Shown here: positions 55,254-60,323 of the stretch, piece by piece
How the letters are laid out: each line of letters starts with the position of its first letter
Position numbering within the stretch: position 1 is the first letter of the stretch
Origin: an uncultured Oscillospiraceae bacterium
GTDB lineage: Bacteria; Bacillota; Clostridia; Oscillospirales; Oscillospiraceae
Reading direction: 5' to 3'
Length of the DNA: 60,323 nt
Assembly: GCA_964564605.1 (NCBI GenBank)
Contig: CAZMBL010000002.1
Span: 1-60,323 of the forward strand
Notes under the pieces: generated by a model
Database searches by the model: none
Told to the model about the DNA's origin: nothing
The model's input: the letters and a program-made list of their open reading frames with translations, nothing else
Translations under genes and position numbers: made by a program

Positions 55254-55940
55254 TTATGCGAAAAACAGCTCGTTGAGGGTCATGGGATCCACATACTGGC
55301 CATCCCGGTACACCCGCATATTGCCGGAGGCGATCTCATCGATCAGCATCACACGGCCCTGGGCATCATAGCCGAATTCGAACTTGATATCGTACAGTTC
55401 CAGATTTTTGGCGGCCAGATCATCGGCAACGATCTTTGTGATCTGCTGGGTCATGCGCTTGAGATCGTCATACTGCGCGGCAGTCATGACACCCAGATCC
55501 ACCAGCGCATCCCGGGTCACCAGCGGGTCGCCCTTTTCATCGTTCTTGAAGGTGGTCTCCACATAGGCCGGCAGGGGCTGGCCGAGGGTGCAGTAGTCGC
55601 TGTAGCGGCGGTAGAAGGAGCCAACGGCCCGGTAGCGGCAGATGACCTCCAGTCCCTTGCCGAAGACCCGGGCGGGCAGCACCTGCATGGTGGTGTTGTC
55701 CAGATCGGCGCTGACATAGTGGGTCAGGATGCCGGCGGCATTGATCTTTTCGAAGAAATGGATGCTCATGCGCAGGTTCACATCCCCCACGCCCTCGATG
55801 CTCAGTCCGACGGCATTCTCGCCGGGATCAAACACACCGTCCTTGCCGGTGCAGTCGTCCTTGAATTTCAGCTCATAGTTCCCATTGGGCAGTGCGTAGA
55901 CATTTTTGGTTTTTCCGGTGTAAACGAGTTTCTTTTCCAT
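55254..55940 (-). CDS. purC: SAICAR synthetase
   Basis: [31 protein letters not shown]. Confidence 0.93.
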   Translation of the reverse strand: MEKKLVYTGKTKNVYALPNGNYELKFKDDCTGKDGVFDPGENAVGLSIEGVGDVNLRMSIHFFEKINAAGILTHYVSADLDNTTMQVLPARVFGKGLEVICRYRAVGSFYRRYSDYCTLGQPLPAYVETTFKNDEKGDPLVTRDALVDLGVMTAAQYDDLKRMTQQITKIVADDLAAKNLELYDIKFEFGYDAQGRVMLIDEIASGNMRVYRDGQYVDPMTLNELFFA

Positions 55941-56043
55941 GATAAAATCCTCCAGACGTGTATGAAAGTGGATGGGTTACGGATTGTTCCGCCGGGCCGG
56001 GGATTTTGTGTGTATTTCCCCCTTTGGAAACGCCCGGATTGGT

Positions 56044-56541
56044 TCAGATATTTCCAAGCTCCTGCTGCAGCTGCCGCTCTTTCCCGGCAATGTCCGCCGC
56101 CATGGCCGCGCGCTGCTGCTCCAGCTTTTGCGCCAGCGCATCATCGGACACCGCCAGAATCTGCGCCGCCAGCACAGCGGCATTTTTCGCGCCGTTGACG
56201 GCCACCGTCGCCACAGGAATGCCGCCGGGCATCTGCACCGTGGCCAGAAGCGCGTCCAAACCGTCAGAAACGCCGCCTTTCATGGGGATCCCGATGACAG
56301 GCAGCGTTGAATTCCCGGCAAAAGCGCCGGCCAGATGTGCGGCCATACCCGCCGCGCAAATCAGCACGCCGAAGCCGTTTTTTCTTGCATCGGCGGCAAA
56401 CTGCGCCGCCAGTGCGGGGGTGCGATGGGCCGAAAGAATATGAGCCTCATAGGGAATCTCAAACTGCTCCAGCTGCGCACAGGCAGCCTTCACCACAGAC
56501 CAGTCCGACGCGGAACCCATGATCACAGCAACTTTCTTCAT
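56044..56541 (-). CDS. purE: AIR carboxylase / N5-CAIR mutase
   Basis: [32 protein letters not shown]. Confidence 0.96.
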   Translation of the reverse strand: MKKVAVIMGSASDWSVVKAACAQLEQFEIPYEAHILSAHRTPALAAQFAADARKNGFGVLICAAGMAAHLAGAFAGNSTLPVIGIPMKGGVSDGLDALLATVQMPGGIPVATVAVNGAKNAAVLAAQILAVSDDALAQKLEQQRAAMAADIAGKERQLQQELGNI

Positions 56542-56560
56542 AAATGCCTCCTGTTCACGC

Positions 56561-56676
56561 AAAAAGGGCGCACTTCACCACCGGAAAATCAGACGGTAAA
56601 GTGTGCCCAGACGGTCGGCCATTGTGCGTCCTTACTCCACGTGGTACTCCACTGATCCGTCAGTCATAAGGGCGTC
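56561..56676 (-). ncRNA. ZMP/ZTP (pfl) riboswitch with terminator
   Basis: Minus strand CUUAUGACUGACGGA...GUGGAGUACCAC GUGGAGUAAG...GCCGACCGUCUGGGC, then terminator GGGCACACUUUACC...GGUGAAGUGCGCCC-UUUUU; promoter TTGACG, 18 bp, TATAAT at 56721-56692. Confidence 0.9.
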
Positions 56677-56789
56677 GTTTCTTACAATTCCATTATAGCA
56701 CAGGCGGGGGCAGACCGTCAATTCGTTATTCAGACGGAAAGTGACGGTCTTCGCCCTTTGCTTCATGTGGAAGTTGCCGAAAGGCGATG

Positions 56790-58883
56790 TTACACCTCAA
56801 ACATCAGGTCGCCATAGGTGGGCACCGGCCAGTAATCCTTGTTGACCAGCAGCTCCAGTTCATCGACGGCACTGCGCAACTGCTCCATCACCGGCACCAC
56901 CAGGGTGCGGAAGGCACGGGCGGCCGTCTCGGCATCGGAATTGGCCCGGGCCTGCTCCGTCAGCCGGCTCAGGCTGTCATGGGCGGTGCTGGCCGTGCGC
57001 AGCAGGGCACTGACCCGGCCCAGCAGCTCCTGCTGGACGGAAACATCCGCCGCCGGGCAGGCGCTTTTGACTTCGTTGATAGAGGATGCCAGCTCCGTTG
57101 TGTAGCGGATCACGGCAGGAATATAATGCTTGGAGGCCATGTGCAGCATGGTTCTGGCCTCGATGCAAATGACCTTGGCATAGTTCTCATAAAGAACTTC
57201 CGCCCTGCTTTCCAGCTCGTTTTTGTTATAGATATGGAATTTTTCGAACAGCTCCACGGTTTTTCTGTCGGTCAGAGCCGGAATGGCGTCCACCATGCAG
57301 GGGATATTGGGCAGCCCTCTGCGCTTTGCCTCCGTGACCCACGCTTCCCCATAGCCGTCCCCGTTGAAGATGATGCGGCTGTGCGACAGCAGGAAGCGGC
57401 GAATCAGCGCGCGGCAGGCGGTTTCAAAATCCTCGGCACCCTCCAGCGCATCGGCCGCTTCGCAGAAAGCCTCCGCCACGATGGCGTTGAGTACCGTGGT
57501 GGCATTGGCCACGGAGTCGGAGGAACCGACCATGCGGAACTCAAATTTGTTGCCGGTGAAGGCCAGCGGCGAAGTGCGGTTGCGGTCTGTGGCATCCCGG
57601 CGCAGCACCGGCACCACGGAGGCTCCCGCGTCCAGACTGTCGGCCACGGCATCCCGGTCGGCGGTGTTATTGAGCAGATTGTGAACCATCTCATCCAGCT
57701 GATCTCCGAGGAAGACGGAAATGATGGCCGGCGGCGCTTCCTGGGATCCGAGGCGCAGGTCGTTGCCCACATTGGCCGCACTCTGCCGTAGCAGGGCCGC
57801 ATGGGTATCCACCGCTTTGAGGATACAAGCCAGCACCAGCTGGAAGCGCAGATCGCGCATGGGATCCTCCCCGGGGTCGAGGAGATTGTCGCCGGTGTCA
57901 CAGCCGAGAGACCAGTTATTGTGCTTGCCGGAGCCGTTGACGCCGGCAAAGGGCTTCTCGTGGAGCAGGCAGACCAGCCCGTGGCGATTGGCCACCCGCT
58001 TCATGGTCTGCATGGTCAGCTGATTGTGATCCACCGCCACATTGGCGGCGCAGAAAATGGGGGCCATCTCATGCTGGCCGGGGGCCACCTCGTTGTGCTG
58101 GGTCACGGCGGGCACGCCCAGCTTCCACAGCTGCTGATTCAGATCCTTCATGAAGGCGCCGACCCGCTCCCGGATCACGCCGAAATACTGATCGTCCAGC
58201 TCCTGCCCCTTGGGAGCCGGTGCGCCAAACAGGGTGCGCCCGCAGTAAATCAGATCCCGGCGCTTGAGATATTTCTCCCGATCCACCAGGAAATACTCCT
58301 GCTCCGGGCCGACAAATGGGGTCACGCGGGTGGTCTGATCGTCACCAAACAGGCGCACGATTCGAACCGCCTGCCGACTGACCGCGTCCATGGAGCGCAG
58401 CAGCGGTGTCTTGGTGTCCAGCGCCGCCCCGGTGTAGGAAACAAAAACCGTGGGAATGCACAGAATATTTCCGGCAGACTCCTCCTTGATAAAGGCGGGA
58501 GAGCTCATGTCCCATGCGGTGTAGCCCCGGGCATAGGCCGTCTGGCGCAGGCCGCCTGTGGGGAACGAGGAAGCGTCGGATTCGCCCATGATCAGCTGCT
58601 TGCCGGTCAGGCGGATGATGGGCTTGCCATCGGAAATCGCCAGAAAGCCCTCGTGCTTTTCAGCGGTGATACCGGTCAGGGGCTGGAACCAGTGGCTGTA
58701 ATGGGTCGCGCCGTGCTCCACAGCCCACTCCTTCATTGCGCCGGCCACCTGATCGGCCGTGGCCATACTCAGCTGGCCGCCGCAGGTCATGGCGTGGAGA
58801 ACCTTGTCGTACTCCGTCTCCGGCAGATAACGCCGCATGACTTCCCTGCTGAATACATTGGTGCCAAAAACATCATAAATCAT
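56790..58883 (-). CDS. glnA: Glutamine synthetase type III
   Basis: GATHYSHWFQPLTG, DASSFP, GPEQEYFL, HNEVAPGQHE, HEKPFAGVNGSGKHNNWS, DRNRTSP, WPVPTY. Confidence 0.93.
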   Translation of the reverse strand: MIYDVFGTNVFSREVMRRYLPETEYDKVLHAMTCGGQLSMATADQVAGAMKEWAVEHGATHYSHWFQPLTGITAEKHEGFLAISDGKPIIRLTGKQLIMGESDASSFPTGGLRQTAYARGYTAWDMSSPAFIKEESAGNILCIPTVFVSYTGAALDTKTPLLRSMDAVSRQAVRIVRLFGDDQTTRVTPFVGPEQEYFLVDREKYLKRRDLIYCGRTLFGAPAPKGQELDDQYFGVIRERVGAFMKDLNQQLWKLGVPAVTQHNEVAPGQHEMAPIFCAANVAVDHNQLTMQTMKRVANRHGLVCLLHEKPFAGVNGSGKHNNWSLGCDTGDNLLDPGEDPMRDLRFQLVLACILKAVDTHAALLRQSAANVGNDLRLGSQEAPPAIISVFLGDQLDEMVHNLLNNTADRDAVADSLDAGASVVPVLRRDATDRNRTSPLAFTGNKFEFRMVGSSDSVANATTVLNAIVAEAFCEAADALEGAEDFETACRALIRRFLLSHSRIIFNGDGYGEAWVTEAKRRGLPNIPCMVDAIPALTDRKTVELFEKFHIYNKNELESRAEVLYENYAKVICIEARTMLHMASKHYIPAVIRYTTELASSINEVKSACPAADVSVQQELLGRVSALLRTASTAHDSLSRLTEQARANSDAETAARAFRTLVVPVMEQLRSAVDELELLVNKDYWPVPTYGDLMFEV

Positions 58884-59205
58884 GTTTTTCCGCCCTTTCC
58901 AGTGGTGTTTCTGGTAAAACAATACATCATTCCTCCCCGCAATGCAAGGATTTTTTTGCCGTTATTTTCCCCAAAATATTGTATGCCCGCAGCCCGAAAA
59001 TTGGACACGAAAAAGGCCCCGACAGCCACCCTCTACGGAGAGGTGCGTCAAATAATTAGCGTGTCAGTGTAAAGTAAGTGCGCACACGGGTGAGGCAATC
59101 CCCCGGTTCCTTCTCCATATGTATGATATCGGCAAAATCCGGAATTTTGTCCCATTCCATATTTTTGAGCGCTCTGCAGGATGCGACCCACAGAGCGCCC
59201 AAAGC

Positions 59206-60303
59206 TCACACATTGAACAGGAAATTGACAATGTCCCCGTCCTTCATAACATATTCCTTGCCCTCGCTGCGGACACGGCCCTGCGCCTTGGCGTTAGCCA
59301 TGGTGCCCAGTGTTTTGAGGTCTTCAAAGGCAATGACCTCCGCCCGGATGAAGCCCCGCTCAAAATCAGTGTGGATTTTGCCGGCGGCCTGCGGTGCTTT
59401 CGTGCCGTTTTTGATCGTCCACGCCCGGCATTCATCGCTTCCGGCGGTCAGGAAGGAGATCAGCCCCAGCAGGGCATAGCTGGCCTGAATGAGGCGATCC
59501 AGTCCGGACTGCTGCACCCCCAGCTCTTCCATAAACATGGCCCGCTCCTCGGGATCGTCCAGCTCCGCAATGTCCGCCTCCAGCTTGGCGCAGATGGGCA
59601 GACACTGGCTGCCCTCCGCCTGCGCCAGCGCCTGCACGGCAGCGTAATGGCGGTTTTTCTCCGGCTCGTTGATCTCGTTTTCCGCAAGATTTGCAACATA
59701 AATCGTCTTTTTCAGAGTCAGCAGATCACTCTGTGCGATGATCGCCAGTTCCTCGGCATCATCTGTGTAGGTGCGGGCCAGCTTTCCGGCGTTGAGATGC
59801 TCCAACAGCCCCGCCAGTACCTGCGCTTCGGTGGCAAAGCGCTTGTCGCCACTTTTCATGGCTTTCTGGCACTTGTCGATGCGGCGCTCCACCATTTCGA
59901 TGTCCGCCATCACCAGCTCCAGATTGATAATGTCAATGTCACGCAGGGGATCCGTAGAGCCCTCCACATGGGTCACATTTCCGTCGTCAAAGCAGCGCAC
60001 CACATGGACGATGGCATCGGTGGTGCGGATGTTGGACAGAAACTTGTTGCCGAGGCCCTCGCCCTTGCTGGCCCCCTTGACAAGCCCCGCAATGTCCACA
60101 AATTCGATCACGGCAGGGGTGGTTTTCTTGGGCTTGTAGAAATCGGACAGCCAGTCCAGCCGTGCATCCGGCACACTCACCACACCCACATTGGGGTCAA
60201 TGGTGCAAAAAGCATAGTTGTCCGCCGGAACCCCGGCATTGGTAATGGCATTAAACAAAGTAGACTTACCCACATTCGGCAGCCCCACGATACCTAATTT
60301 CAT
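59206..60303 (-). CDS. ychF: Redox-regulated ATPase YchF
   Basis: GIVGLPNVGKSTLFN, FCTIDPN, DIAGLVKGAS.GEGLGNKFL, IHTDFERGFIRAE. Confidence 0.97.
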   Translation of the reverse strand: MKLGIVGLPNVGKSTLFNAITNAGVPADNYAFCTIDPNVGVVSVPDARLDWLSDFYKPKKTTPAVIEFVDIAGLVKGASKGEGLGNKFLSNIRTTDAIVHVVRCFDDGNVTHVEGSTDPLRDIDIINLELVMADIEMVERRIDKCQKAMKSGDKRFATEAQVLAGLLEHLNAGKLARTYTDDAEELAIIAQSDLLTLKKTIYVANLAENEINEPEKNRHYAAVQALAQAEGSQCLPICAKLEADIAELDDPEERAMFMEELGVQQSGLDRLIQASYALLGLISFLTAGSDECRAWTIKNGTKAPQAAGKIHTDFERGFIRAEVIAFEDLKTLGTMANAKAQGRVRSEGKEYVMKDGDIVNFLFNV

Positions 60304-60323
60304 TTTATCTCATTCTCCTTTGA

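Overview
GC-rich Clostridia-type chromosomal window (Oscillospiraceae-like gene content; taxonomy is inference). In order: a truncated PfoR/PTS-IIC-like membrane gene with a glycine-riboswitch-like leader; a probable xyloglucan utilisation locus (GH74, GH31, esterase, GH42, YesM-type kinase, surface glycan-binding-like protein); a Met T-box-controlled metNIQ transporter; the ylxM-ffh-rpsP-khpA-(cdd-like)-rimM-trmD block; a sirtuin with an attenuator-like leader; an LtaS-family sulfatase; an enoate reductase + two-subunit aconitase X operon; patB-rsmF-murA; secG; prfB with no frameshift; a ZTP-riboswitch-controlled pur operon; glutamine synthetase III; and ychF. The best candidate for an undescribed system is the minus-strand cluster at 34.8-44.7 kb. 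There a ~1,900-aa secreted sialidase is directly followed by a 74-aa four-Cys peptide with a YxxP leader and a C-terminal Ser, then a lipoprotein, an HprK-like kinase, a radical SAM/SPASM enzyme, a stand-alone PqqD/RRE and a PHP phosphoesterase. This looks like a RiPP-type modification system linked to a host-glycan-degrading surface enzyme, with no lasso cyclase, peptidase or exporter in the window. No rRNA, tRNA, CRISPR array or transposase was recognised. All calls come from reading motifs by eye; no database searches were run.
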